Below, piece by piece: positions 44,881-60,915 of a stretch of DNA of 64,000 bases. This DNA is from the human T2T-CHM13v2.0 reference genome, Homo sapiens. The stretch lies in NCBI RefSeq assembly GCF_009914755.1, contig NC_060934.1, one strand, 5' to 3'. How positions within the stretch are numbered: position 1 is the first letter of the stretch; each line of letters starts with the position of its first letter. The notes beneath the pieces were generated by a model. That model did no database searches. It was not told where the DNA came from and saw only the letters and a list, made by a program, of their open reading frames with translations. The translations under genes and the position numbers were made by a program.

Positions 44881-45809
44881 TGAGATAATACACAAACGGA
44901 ATTTAGCACAGTTCCAAGAGCTCAGAAAATTCTTAATAACTGTCAGCAATTATAATTTTAACATTTACACCTGTGTTCAGTTTCCCAGCTTTCCAGAGCA
45001 TTAAAGCATGTTCTAAGTCTTGGAAGAAGGAGGAGAACTCTTTTATCTCTTTATCGTTGACAGTAGCACTACTTGCGTTCAGTTGGGCAGAAATGCCAGA
45101 ATGCTCTGGAATTCCACAGGCTGAGAGTTAGCTGTACCTGTCCAGACTATTGCCTACCCAAGGACATGGCCAAAGATAAAAACTTGATTTACTATTCCCC
45201 TATCTTGAATAAAAACTCACTTCCAAATCCCATCAGCACCTCCAAAATGCTTTCTAATCACTCATTTCTCCAACTCCCCTTACCCTTATCTATACGGTAC
45301 TCCCACACCCATGTCACAGTCTGGTGCTTTCTATGAGTCCCTTTCACCAGGTAAGTCTATTTCTTCAAGTCAGGGAATAAAGAACCCAAGATATACCTCC
45401 AAAACAGGCACTTGTGGAAACAATAGTTGAGCAACAGCCTTAAAATGTATTTCAGTGGCAGAAAGTCAACTAAGTAAATAGGTAGACTCTTCATTGAGCC
45501 AAAAATTTTTTGGGGGAAGGAGTTGAACCTAATAGAGTCACATACCTTTTCGCTACTGATTTCCCTTTGTTATTTATATACTTCCATGAAAATTGTAAAT
45601 AAGACCAAATTAAACATTTTTCCTAATATATTTCCCCAAATCGAAATCTAAGTACATAAATTATTTTCAGACAATTGTGTTACCTCCAGAACTCAGAACT
45701 ACAGAAATTCAGACTTATTATTAATGAAATCAGAGTATAAAGTTCTCGCAGACCATATGAGAGGAACTTCACTCCTACAATGCAATTCCAGAGCTATAAA
45801 ATATTATAT

Positions 45810-45965
45810 TCAGAGATCACCTGCACCGCCTTCCCCACTTTACATAAGAGGAATTCAGTTCTCCAAGAAGTAAAAGACCTTGACCAGGGTCACAGAGTGA
45901 GCTAGCAGCAGAACAAAGACTAGAAATGGGGGGTTTCAGCTTCACGCCTGCACTGCTCCCTCATG
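45810..45965 (-). mobile_element. MIR fragment
   Basis: cccactttacataagagga...gaccttgaccagggtcacagagtgag. Confidence 0.55.
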
Positions 45966-46889
45966 ACCTAGCACCTGTTCAAACCAGGTACTTTCCTTAT
46001 TGTGAGTCCTGAATATTGAACACTATAATTGCACAAGGATATCTGAGTTCATATAGGTTACAAAGACTTAAGCAATTTAATTCAATTTGATGAAAGAGTT
46101 GCAATGACTTTCCACCCTATGCAAGACCAGAGAGAGAGAACCCATAGACAAAACAGCATGCCCTGGATTTGGTTGAAAGGCCTCCACAAATCTGAAGCAG
46201 CACATCACTTAGAACATTACTAGCTGTAACAAAGGAAGTGCTTTCTTTTGATTATGTTAAGAGAGCAGGATCTAATCCACTTCATACCTGTGATGATAAA
46301 GCACTTATTCAGATAAAGAAAGAATAGTACTTCATGCCAGATTCATTTTATCAGGATAGAATACAAACAATTCCACAGAATCTGACATATAGTTCTTGTT
46401 ATGTTAACCTGATGGCTCTTGATACAGAAATATTTTAAGTTATAAAATTGTTATTACATACTACACTGCTTCATAATGGAGAGCTATCAGGTATCTAATA
46501 GCAATTTTAAAGGGCTTAGATTTTAGTAGCAAGATCATAATCCAGAATCCAGAGACAAAGAATAATAATTTCATATGCTTTCCCACAAAAGCTCTTGTAT
46601 GCTCTCCTCTACCTGAGTTTTTGGAAGCATGTCAAGAATGGCTTTCCCAGCAGAGGAAAAAGTGATTGCTAAGCTATAATTTAGGGCAACAACACAACTG
46701 AATTTCAGCAGCATATACCATCAGGAATGAGTTTTTTCTTCCATTTAATTCTGTAAGCAAAGGCTTCTGTCAGTATTAATTCCCCATAATAATTATGATT
46801 ACTTGATAAGCTAAAAACAATCAGGAGGATTATTCTTACATGTGATTGAGGTAACCAAGCTTATGTATTACAGGAAAAGCAAGAATAAA

Positions 46890-47300
46890 TACAGTGTACA
46901 TTTTTTCAGGTATGGGTCTAAATTACATCTGGGGATCAAAAAATGAATAAAACACAGTCCTCACTCATAAGGAATTCAAGCCTAGTTGAGGGACATTGGT
47001 GTGTAAATAACAAGTGCTATTCTCTACTGGGAAAAGCTCAGGGTCTACAGTCATACAGATCTGAAATTGAATCCAGCTTTGTGGCTTATGATCTGGGAGA
47101 CCTTAAGCAAGTTACTTAGCCTCTACTAGGCTTTAGTTTTCTCATTTAAAAACCAGTGTACCTCCCTCTGAGGTACTGTGAGGAGTAAAGGGGATAATGC
47201 CTAGAAGGGACTTAGTACTTCTCCAGGTATTAGTATGTAAGATTACCTTATTATACAAGCTGCAAATACATAGGTACTATCAGAAATATAAGCAATGTGC
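46890..47300. mobile_element. L2 fragment (-) with a MIR (+, ~47030-47250) inside
   Basis: gaataaaacacagtcctcactcataaggaattcaagcctagt; gaccttaagcaagttacttagcctct...agttttctcattt. Confidence 0.55.
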
Positions 47301-47759
47301 CATGAAAGCAATTTATTCAGTCTAATGATTAGACCTCTGCTCTGAACTACACATGCCCTTTATAAAACCAGCACAGATCAAGTGTGTTTTATGAGTTATG
47401 TTTTAGACATTTTGGAGCAATAATCATAAGGTTATTACTATTTCAGATCAAAGTGCAAAGGCTATGCAAGGGGTAGCCATTTCTCTGAAATTGCCATCTC
47501 CAGGACTGATTCAGGAAAAAATACAAATCTATTATCTGCTTTGCTAAAAGAAAATTGTCTAATGAAAGTAAATCACCAGGAAACCCAATTTACTCTACAG
47601 TGAAATTTGGCTTAAAATTAATCTTTCTTATACCTAGGCAAAGAGTTTTCTGGCAAAACTACATGGTTTCTTGAAGAAATAGATTCACCTAGAAGTCAGC
47701 ATGGACCCCAAAGACAGAGTTATTTTATACCTGTGTCATCTTGAACTATCATGCAATGA

Positions 47760-47877
47760 CTTTTTAAAAATAAACTTTTAGAGCAGTTTTAGATTTACAG
47801 AAAAATTGCAAAGAAAGAAAATTCTTGAATACCCCCCACCCAGTTTTCCCTAATGTTAACATCTTACATTAGGATGG
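47760..47877 (-). mobile_element. L1MC 3' end (resumes at 54769-54880)
   Basis: ttttagagcagttttagatttacagaaaaattg...cccagttttccctaatgttaacatcttacattag. Confidence 0.7.
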
Positions 47878-47954
47878 TGTTAATCGCCATCCTAAAGAAA
47901 CAGGATGAATCCCTGCCCAAAATTTGATTTGGATGTCAAGACCAATGATGTCAC

Positions 47955-47998
<44 letters not shown>

Positions 47999-48110
47999 CA
48001 AGAGGTTATGAAAATCTTTTCTATAATGGGATGTTTTTGAAAAGAGCAAGGGAGCCTTCCCAAAATGGTTCCAAATGGCTTAAATAGCCAGAAAAGGAGA
48101 CAGGCTTGAG
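47878..48110. mobile_element. ERV solo LTR, first piece (second piece 54544-54768; family not named)
   Basis: Begins TG within the L1MC; the second piece ends CA where the L1MC resumes. Confidence 0.55.
47952..47996. repeat. (CA)n microsatellite
   Basis: About 22 units with one CG interruption. Confidence 0.97.
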
Positions 48111-48111
48111 A

Positions 48112-48693
48112 TTTTTTTAACTGATACATAATAATTGTATATGTATATGAAATACATCTGACATTTCAATTCATGTCTATGATGTGTAATAATCAAATAA
48201 GAGCAATTGACATAATCATCACCTCAAATATTTATCATGTCTTTGTGCTGAGAACATTCAAAATCCTCTCTTCTAGCTATATTAAAATATAAAATAAATT
48301 TTGGTTAACTATAGTCACCCTCCTATGCTACAGAACATTATAACTTATCTAACTATAATTTTGTACCCATTAACCAACTTCTTCCCATCCTTTCCCCCTA
48401 CCCTTCCCAGCCTCTGGTGACCACTATTCTACTCTCTACTTCTATGGGATCTACTTCTTTAGCTCTAATATATGAGTGACAACATGTGATACTTATCGTC
48501 TGTGCTGGCCTATTTCAATTAACATAATGTCCTCCAGGCTCATTCATGCTATTGCAAATGACAGAATTTCATTCTTTTTATAGCTAAATAATATTTCATT
48601 ATGTATATGTACTAGATTTTTAAAATTCATTTACCTGTCGATGGACAGTTAGATTGTTTCCATATCTGGGCTATTGTGAGTAGTTCCGCAGTA
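48112..48693 (-). mobile_element. L1MA4-like 3' end
   Basis: catcacctcaaatatttatcatgtctttgtgctgagaacattcaaaatcctctcttctagctat. Confidence 0.85.
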
Positions 48694-50790
48694 GCCACAA
48701 ATAAAGATCCTGCACAAAGCCTTAGTGCTCTGAAAACATCCATAAATAAAACCAATTGACTCTACTCAAATTACACCGCCGTTAAGGGCACATCAATCTT
48801 CCTAGATAAGAAAGAAAAAGCACAAGAACTTTGGCAATTCAAAAACGCAGAGTGTCTCCTTACCCCTTATGACCACAATAGCTCCCCAGCAGTGGTTTCT
48901 AGCCAAACAAAAATGGCTAAAAAGACAGACAAGAACTCAAAATCTCAATGAAGTTCATCAAGATTCAGGAGAAAGTTGAAACCCGATTTAAGGAATCTAG
49001 GGAACCCAAGAAAATTATTCAAGAGCTGAAAGATCAAATAACCATTAAAAAAAACTGATCTGATGGAGCTGAAAAACTCACTACAAGAATTTATAATGTA
49101 ACTGAAAATATTAACAGCAGAATAGACAATGCTGAGGAAAGAATTTCAGAGCTCAAAGACCAGTTATTCAAATCAGCTCAGACAAAAATGAAGAAAAAAG
49201 AATAGAAAAGAATGAAGAAAACCTTTAAGAAATATGGGATTATGTAAAGAGACCAAACCTGCCACACATGTGTGTCCCTGAAAGAGACGGAGAGAGAGCA
49301 AGCAACTTGAAAAACATATTTGAGGATGATGTTCACGAACATTTTCTCAATGTCACTAGAAAGATCAAAATTCAGATTTAGGAAATTCAGAGAACCTCTG
49401 CAAGGTATTATACAAGATGACCATCCCCAAGACAGTAATCAGATTCTCCAGGGTCCAAGTCCCATAGAAGTAGAGAGTAGAAAGAAATAATATTAAAGGC
49501 AGCTAGAGGAAAGTGGCAGGTCATCTACAAAGAGAACTTCATTGGGCTAACAGTGGACCTTTCAGCAGAAACCCTACAAACTAGAAGAGAATGAGGGCCT
49601 GTATTCAGGATCTTTAAAAAAAGAAATTATAACCAAGAATTTTATATCCAGCCAAACTAAGCTTCATAAGTAAAAGGATAAATAACATTTTTTTTTCAGA
49701 CAAGCAAATGCTAAGGAAATTTGTTACATCAAAATATCCCTTACAAGAGGTCCTAAAGCAGTGCTAAACGTGGAAACAGAAAACATTACAGCCACCACAA
49801 AACACACATAAGTACATAGATCATTGACACTATAAAGCAACTACACAATCAAGTCTACATAACAATTAGCTAACAACATAATGACAGGATCAAATCTGTA
49901 CATATAAATATTAACCTTGAACATAAATGGGCTAAACATCCCACTTAAAAGACAGGTAGTGGCAAGCTGGATAAAGAAGCAAGACTCAACTGTACAATGT
50001 CTTCAAGAGACCCATCTCACATGCAATAACAACCATAGACTCAAAGTAAAGGGATGGAGAAAGCTCTATCAAACAAATAGAAAAGAAAAAAGGGCAGGGG
50101 TTGCTATTTTAATTTAAGACAAAACTGACTTTAAACCAATGATTATCAAAAAGGACAAAGAATGGCATTACATAATGATAAAGGGTTCAACTCAACAGGA
50201 AGACTTTACTATCCTAAATATACATGCACAGAACACTGGAGCACCAAAATTTATAAAACAAGTTCTTAGAGAAGTATGAAGAGACTTTAAAAACCACAAA
50301 ATAATAGGAGACTTCAATGGCCTACTGACAGTATTAGACAGACTGTCGAGGCAGAAAACTAAAAAATATTTTTGGGACCTAAACTTGAGACCTGACTAAA
50401 TGGACCTAATAGCCATCTACAGAACACTCCCCTAGACAACATAGTATACATTCTTTTCATTTGCACATGGCACATACTGTAAAATCAAGCACATGCTCAG
50501 TCATAAAGCAATTCTCAATAAAATTTTTAAAAATTCTAGAACTATGCCAACCCCACTTTCAGAATGCAACACAATAAAAATATAATTGAATACCAAGAAG
50601 ATCCCTCAAAACCATGCAATTACATGTAAATTAAATAATCTGCTCCTGAATGACTTTTGGGTAAACAATAAAATTAAGACAGGAATCAAGACATTCTTTG
50701 AAACTAATGAAAACAGAGATAGAAGATATTAGAATCTCTGGGACACAGCTAAAGCAGCGTTAGAGGAAAGGTTATACCACTAAACACCAA
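48694..50790 (+). mobile_element. L1PA15/16 (L1P4)-like internal fragment: end of 5'UTR, ORF1 and ORF2 endonuclease; no 3' end
   Basis: ORF2 start atgacaggatcaaat at ~49881; peptide NINGLNIPLKRQVVASWIKKQDSTVQCLQETHL. Confidence 0.9.
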
Positions 50791-53700
50791 TTGGAAGAAT
50801 ATGTATTCTATTGCTGTTGGATTAAATGTTTTGCAAATATCAGAGGCCCATTTGGCTTAGAGTATAGTCTAACTCTGATGTTTCTTTGTTGATTTTATGT
50901 CTAAAGTATTTTTCCATTTTTGAAAGTGGAATGAAGTCCCCTAATATAATTGGATTACAGTCTATCTCTCCCTTTATATCTAATAATACATGCTTTATAT
51001 ACTTGTTCCAGTATTGGTTGCATATATGTTTACAATTATTATATGCTCTTGCTGAATGGACAATTTTATCATTACATAATGACTTCTTTATCACTTTCTA
51101 AAGCCTTTGACTTGAAGTCTATTTTATCTGATATAAATATAGCTATTCCTCCTAGCTCTTGGTTTTCATTTGCATGAAATATCTTTTCCCTTCCCTTCAC
51201 AATTTGTCTATGTGTGTCCTTATAGGTGAAGTGAGTCTCCTACAGGCAACATATAATTAGGTCTTGTTTTTTAATCTATTCTACCACTTTATATCCTTTA
51301 TTTGGAGAACTTAATTTATTTATACTCAAGGTTATTATTAATAGGTATAGACTTCTGCAATTTTGTTAATTGATTCCTAGTTGTGTTCTGTAATCTTTTG
51401 TTCACTTCTTCCTCTTTTGCATTCTCTGTGATTTAATGGTTTTCTGTACAGGTAGGCTTTGGTCCTTTTCATTTTTTTGTGTATCTACTATTAGTTTTTC
51501 CTTTGTGTTCATCCTGAGGCTTACATAAAAAATCTTATAACAAGTTAATTTAAACTGATTAGAGCTTAATTTTGATTGCATATATAAACTCCTCTTTTAC
51601 TCCATCTCCTCCCATGTTTTATGTTTTAGATGTCACACTTTACATCTTTTCATAATATTAGCAAATTATTGTCACTTTATTGCCTATTGATCTTTATACT
51701 AGATATATACTAATAATTGATTTTCCCACCACCATTACAGTATCAGAATGCTTTGAATTTGATAATGTACTTTCTTACTTTTACCATGCATTTTGTATTT
51801 TATATGATTTTTATGTCACCAATTTTCATCCTCTTCCTTCAGGCTTGAAGAACTTTAGCATTTTTTGTAATCCAGGTCTAGTGGTAATGGATACTCTCAG
51901 CTTTTATTTGATAATTTTTCTTAACACTTAATTTTTAAAAGGCAGGATTTCTGGGTATAGTATTCTTGGTTGACAATCTTTTTTATTTCAGAATTTTGAA
52001 TTTATCATCCCACTCCCTTCGATTTGCAAGGTTTCTCGTGGTAAATTGGTTGATAGCTTATGAAAGTTCCTCTATATGTAACAATTCACTTTTCCCTTGC
52101 TGCTTTCAACACTCTCTGTTTTTAACTTTTGAAAATTTGACTATGATCTGTTGTGGTGTTAGTCTCTTTGGATTCATCTTCTTGATATCTTACGGGCTTA
52201 ATGGATCTGGCTTTCTAATTCCTTTCCCAGAATTCCTTTCCCAGATGTGAGAAGTGTTCTGCAATTATTTCTTTGAATACGTTTTCTGTTCTTTACTCTT
52301 TCTTCTTTTTCTTCCATGCCAATAATGTATAAGCTGTTCCACTTGATGATATTCCGTAGGTCTCTTAAGCTATCTTCACTCTTTTTAATTTCTTTTGTTC
52401 CTCATGTTGGTTCATTTTCAGTGCTACTTTCTTCTGCTTCATAAAGTCTGATGTTAAACCCTTCTATTAATTTTTTAGTTCAGTTATAGCATTCTTCAAA
52501 TATATGATTTTCATTTGGTATGTACTTTATGCTTTCTATGTCTTATTTGAAGTCATCAACGTCTTGCCTAGTTGTCTTGACCTCTGTGAATATCTTTTGA
52601 TACCATTATTTTGAATTCCCTGTCAGGTAAACTGCATACTCTCCTTTATTTGAGTTGATTTCTAGAGATTTATCTTGCTCTTTTCTTTGGAACATATTCC
52701 CTTTTTTCTTCATATTCCTTGATTCTCTGTGTTGGTTTCTGTGCCTTAAATAATACACCTACATCTCTCCAAGACTGGACTTGTATAAGAGAAAATTTTC
52801 ACCCATTCATTTGGCCAGAGATTTCAAAGTGCCTCTCTATTTGTTGTTGTTGTTTAGACTACTATCTCTGTTTTTATAGCCCCCTGGAGCTTAGGATATG
52901 CTACATCTTGTCAGTACCCCAAAAATGGTATGATAGGAGATAGTCTATTTAAGATGTAGCTGGAAAGATTGAGATGTTAGATATGTATTCCCATTCTTCC
53001 TATCATTATGGGGAGACTGGGTGCAAGAACTTATCTCCTTTCTCTCTGCACTAAGACAGAAGATCTGTGGAAAATGCCTATACTTATGTTCAAGCTGCAC
53101 CTTCTAATCTTGGAGGAATAGCCACTAGGTGTAAGTCCATTATATATACATCTATTTGTTTTCTCTAGTCTTGGGTCACTCAGAATCACAACGCCCCCTC
53201 AATTTTCAGAGGTGGTTAATTACACAGTTCCCTAGGTGGGAGACACGAAAGTTGTGGCACTCAGTGCACAGTCAAACTCATCCCAGAAATAGGCCTGGAT
53301 TTATCTCTGGGGCAAACAAGGGGGAGGTCTCATGGAATGCTGAGCTCTGGCTCTGGGTACCAAAGGTTTATTGTTTGTTTGCCCCGTTAGCTTCTTGAGG
53401 AAGGTTCATTAGAGACCAGGCCATCAAATAGCCACTGGGAATGTGTGTTGTAAGCCTCTTCTGGAGATTAAGTGAGAGTTTAATGTTGTTGACCCTTTTC
53501 TGCACTGCTCCAAGGGAGTGTAGCCCTTGGAAGTGTTTGGATGCCCACTTAAAACTATGTCTTTGTTCCAGAATGAAGGAAGACTCATATGCCTAGTCTT
53601 TTGTTCCCGCAACTACTAGGTTTAGAATGGAGCCTTTCAGGGGGTAGCATTAAAAACTAGGACTATCGATGTGTGTCCTAAACTCCTTCTGGGGAAAAAC

Positions 53701-54543
53701 AGGTAGTGGCATTTTTTGACCCCTCCTCTGCACAGCTCCAGAAGAATGAAGCCTCTAGAGGAGTTTGCCTGCCTATTTTTAAATCCCTCTTTTTCCCTCT
53801 GGTGGACAATGACATGTGTACACTGGTCCCTTTGGTACCCAAAGCTAGGAGATTTCAAATACTATTCCTTAGGTGAATGTTGCAGGATTTGAGACACTTG
53901 ATGTGAGTGCAAACTCTTCCCAAACTAGAGGAGGGTTAATAATTGACTGTCTCTTTAACTCCTCCATGGATGCAAGTTAGTTAGAATCCAGGCTGCCGGA
54001 CAGCTACTGGAAAGGTGTTTTGTAAACCCCTCTCAGGAGGACTTGGGCAGGGGAAACAGAGAGCTGTGGGTTTTTTAAAGCTCCTTTAGTGCTCCCAAGG
54101 GGATAAAGTCCTTAGTAGTGCTTATGCACATGTATAAACTTCCACTTTTTTTCCTACAGTCTAGAGGGGCATGGGCATATCTAATCCCTTGCATTTCTAA
54201 AGTTTGTGAATCAACCACCACATCTTGGGGAAATTTAGGGTTTGGGTCCTTTACGTGAGGTCCAGATCTTCCTCTCTACACAGAGAACCTGGGTGTTGAG
54301 ATTTCTTTCTCAGTATCGTGGTGCAATGCCCTGGGTGGGGTCCATGCCCAAGTGTGCGTCAGCTTTTCCCACCCACTTAATGTGGACGTTTTCTCAATTG
54401 CCTGTTGGGTAGAAGTCTCTTGACTGGCCTTTGGTTTTGTCTCGGGGGAGTTTTTCTGTAAATAGTTTATCTGGAACATCTGCGATTGTAGGGAGAGTCA
54501 GAAGTTTCCTATTTCACCGTGTTGGTGACATCACCCACCCATT
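50791..54543 (-). mobile_element. L1MA/L1M 5' half: ORF2 endonuclease, ORF1 and long 5'UTR
   Basis: Peptide KYIKHVLLDIKGEIDCNPIILGDF; possible TSD cttgagattttt (48105-) / cttagaattttt (54544-). Confidence 0.8.
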
Positions 54544-55299
54544 CTTAGAATTTTTATTATGGTTGAAGTGTTGGGCCAAGGTGAGCATTCCTTTCTGGGG
54601 ACAGGAGCTTATGTGATTTGAATCTCCCACTAGTACTAAAGAGGGGAACACCCAAGCTTTATTATTAGCTTGCCCAGATTGGGGGCAGAAGGGGAAGATA
54701 GATAAGTAACGCTTAAAAGTCGTCATCCATCAAACATCAACATATGGAGTCAGCTTTTTCATTATACATTGTCCTTTTTTAACTATTAGTGAATCAATAG
54801 TCATATATTTTATTAGCTAAAGTCAGCATTTTATTCATATTTCCTTAATGTTTAGCTAACGTCCTTTTTCTGTCTGCATTATGTTTATTTATTTATTTTT
54901 TAAATCTAGGACTCATTTTTTTTTATGTAAATAGCACAATAGTTGCCACAGGACAAGAAGGAATCAAATGACAAATTTATTTTGATTAATTATCAAGAAA
55001 ATAGAGAATATGATATTATTTTCACTTTCTGATACAAGACCCAACTCGTGAGCCTGAGCCTGTCATTGCCCTGGGACCTCTGCTGCATACTCTTTGGTGC
55101 CAATTATGTATTTGCTTCTCTCTCTCACTGACACACCTTCCTGTCACCTTGCTCTCCTATCAACATGTCATTTTGTAAAAGGGGCAGCAGAAGATAGGAA
55201 GAACATAGACCTCAACCTGAGGTAAGCTCTATAGTGTCTAAATATTAACAGTTATTGTCTATTGTACATCAACGATTGTATTGGACCACCCTCAAGATT

Positions 55300-55500
55300 T
55301 TGCCATACCCATATTTCTTCTCTGTTATGATTCACTTAATACTTTTCTCCAAATTCATTCTTTTTTTAATAGTTACATTTCTGAAAACACTTTAAAATTA
55401 AAACATAACTAATGAAAGGAAAATTACTTTGCATTCCACCTAAAATCAACTCAAATGCTCCTAGTGGTATAGGTCTCACAGCATGGGAAATACTGCTCTA
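55300..55500. mobile_element. hAT-Charlie MITE remnant (uncertain)
   Basis: Ends ctagtggtataggtctcacagcatgggaaatactg, like hAT terminal repeats. Confidence 0.4.
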
Positions 55501-55569
55501 TACTATTCGTTTATCAATGAATAGGAATACTACATGATGTTTCTCTTACCCAGTGAGCAGTTAAAGTAT

Positions 55570-58230
<2,661 letters not shown>

Positions 58231-59080
58231 AGACTGCCCTTATAGTCGTATTGCAGAATGTGTGATCTGCCATCTACTGAGGGCTCATTTTTCCCTCTCC
58301 TCTCTCATCCAAGATTGGTGATAGTTTCAAATTTTTCTCCCACTATTATGTAGAATAATTTCCAAACTTGACACTCAATTGAATCATGGTGTCCAGGAAA
58401 ATAGATAAAATAAATATGACTTCATATACCAGAAGTCATATTCCTTTGAATACAATCAGGGCCATAAATGGCACTTGCTTCTATAACACAAAGTGCTATT
58501 ATAATTATATACATGATTTTTTAAATAATTAAGTAACTTGGAACCAGTTTCTATTGCAATAATTATAAGAAACAAAGACCTCCAACTGAATGAACCCCTC
58601 TGAAATATTTTAATAAACTCTGAGGAGTACTATTTGTCAAGCAAAGAAATACTGAATTAAGGTAAATGCCAGCTTAGGATGAAAAGAACAGCAACAGTGC
58701 CTACCTTCATTACCTCAGCCTCTCCCTGGCTAAGATAATCACTTAATCTTTTATGCCTTTGCTAAAACCTCATTAGTAAAAAGGAGACCTGCCTACTAAG
58801 CATAAGGTTAAGGCTTTAATGGACTTTAGAAATCATTTACTTTTATGACTCAAAGCACTGAAGTGCAAATTCTTTTTATTTGAATATTTGAGGGCATTAA
58901 ATGAGCATTTTTAATGGATTTCAATTGTCAGGATAAAATAAAATTTCTCAAGGGGAATCTGAATTTTAACAAACATTAAAATCAAAGAAGTAAAAAGATG
59001 AATAAATGGAGAAAAAGTATTGTAGTAACATCAATTTTTGCCAATCTAATTTTTTAACAAAAACTTTTAAGTCTATTTTT

Positions 59081-59369
<289 letters not shown>

Positions 59370-59699
59370 TTAGTTTTAAAACTAACTTTGAAAATCTCTT
59401 CACCTAGGGAAGTTATTTCCTGAAACTATTTTCTACTGCCTTTTAGAAACACTGCCTTCCTGGTTTTGTTTCTTTTTTGTATGTTGGCTTTGTTTGGTTT
59501 GGGTTATGTTTGTTTGAAGAAAAAAAAAAAAACCTGAAGTGATTCTTGAAGTATTTTTAAGTGAGCACATTTTAATTTGACATAACATTGGATTTCACTT
59601 GGTGAAAAGAGAGATACTGAATAATTAGTAGTATCTGATAAGATGTTTAGACGGAGAAGTGTAGACTCACCATGTACAAAGCAGCTATGATGGTGTTCG

Positions 59700-59990
59700 C
59701 CCACCTCTTCCCCTGCCTAATGCCTATTCATCTGACATTTATCATCCAGATTTCACTTCCTCTAGGAAGCTTCCTTGATGCCTCCAAACAAGGTCGAAAG
59801 CACTATCTACATGCTTCTTAGCAATCTGTAGCTCTACCATCAACATTTTATTCTGATTTTGCATTTACCTTCTTTCCTCTAGTAGAATATGTGCCAGACT
59901 GTGTCTTGCTAAACATTGTTAAATAGCACTAGTATACTGCTGGTACAGAATAAGACAACCAACAAATATTGAATGAATGAATGAGTGAAC
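59700..59990 (+). mobile_element. L2 3' end
   Basis: Ends ctggtacagaataag...caacaaatattgaatgaatgaatga. Confidence 0.6.
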
Positions 59991-60349
59991 CCAGAGTTAA
60001 GCATCTGCTCACTTAGTGATTGGGTTGGTTTCAGGTGGAAAGTCCATAGGCTGATATCAATTTGACTGGTATCAGTAAGAAGGGAAGTGTAAGATACACA
60101 GGTGTCAGTTTCCTGAGGGTCTTAGATGAATGCTATGTAGACTGGACTTATTTCAGTTGTTAGCTCTAGATATGAGGGACAGGCAGACGATCACTCTGAA
60201 GCAGGTTGGAGCACATTTTAGTGGGCATTTATTGGTTACCTTCTCAGTATATTATCTAGTCTCTGTTATCCCAGAAATACCCCAAATTGCAAGCCACTTA
60301 GCAAAAGAAATTTAATCTTTACACCCTGTTCTAATTTAATCTACCTTTT

Positions 60350-60736
60350 TGCTACTACCAGCTTTCCTTGGCCATGGTGACTGAGTCAAGGACAGACTCA
60401 TAATCTAAGGCAAAGCAATAAGTCATCAGGAGACTCAATACCTGCGTGTCTCTCAACCATTGGAAAAAGTGAATATTCTTTGTATCTGGATGTGAATGAG
60501 AAAATACACAACCCCAGGAGCTGCTAGAACCCATCTTGAGTTTGAAGAGTTTGCCTTATAATAAAACCAATATCAAAAAAGGAGGGTCTAATATGGGGAG
60601 GTACAAGCTTTTAGTGATATTGTTTGAGTCTTGGATAAAGATTCACTTGAAGCTAGAATCTGCCCTCCGCATTCCTTTATAAACCTTGCGACACATGAAA
60701 CTGAGCGTGTTACCTCTCAAAAGTATTCCCACAACA
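60350..60736 (+). mobile_element. Old MLT1 (J/K-like) LTR
   Basis: ccaggagctgctagaacccatcttg...gatattgtttgagtcttggat...cttgaagctaga. Confidence 0.45.
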
Positions 60737-60749
60737 GTAGTCACAAACC

Positions 60750-60915
60750 TGTCATAACAGTCAACATACTACATTGAAATAATTTGTTTATATGTGCATT
60801 CCCCTATACTGTGAGCCTTTGGGGCATCAGACATGTCTTGTCACCTAGGATGGTATCTGGCACATATTTAGTGCTCTATAAATCTTTGTAGAATTAACAA
60901 ATGAATGGATGGATA
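60750..60915 (+). mobile_element. L2 3' end
   Basis: actgtgagcctttgggg...tctggcacatatttagtgctctataaat. Confidence 0.55.
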
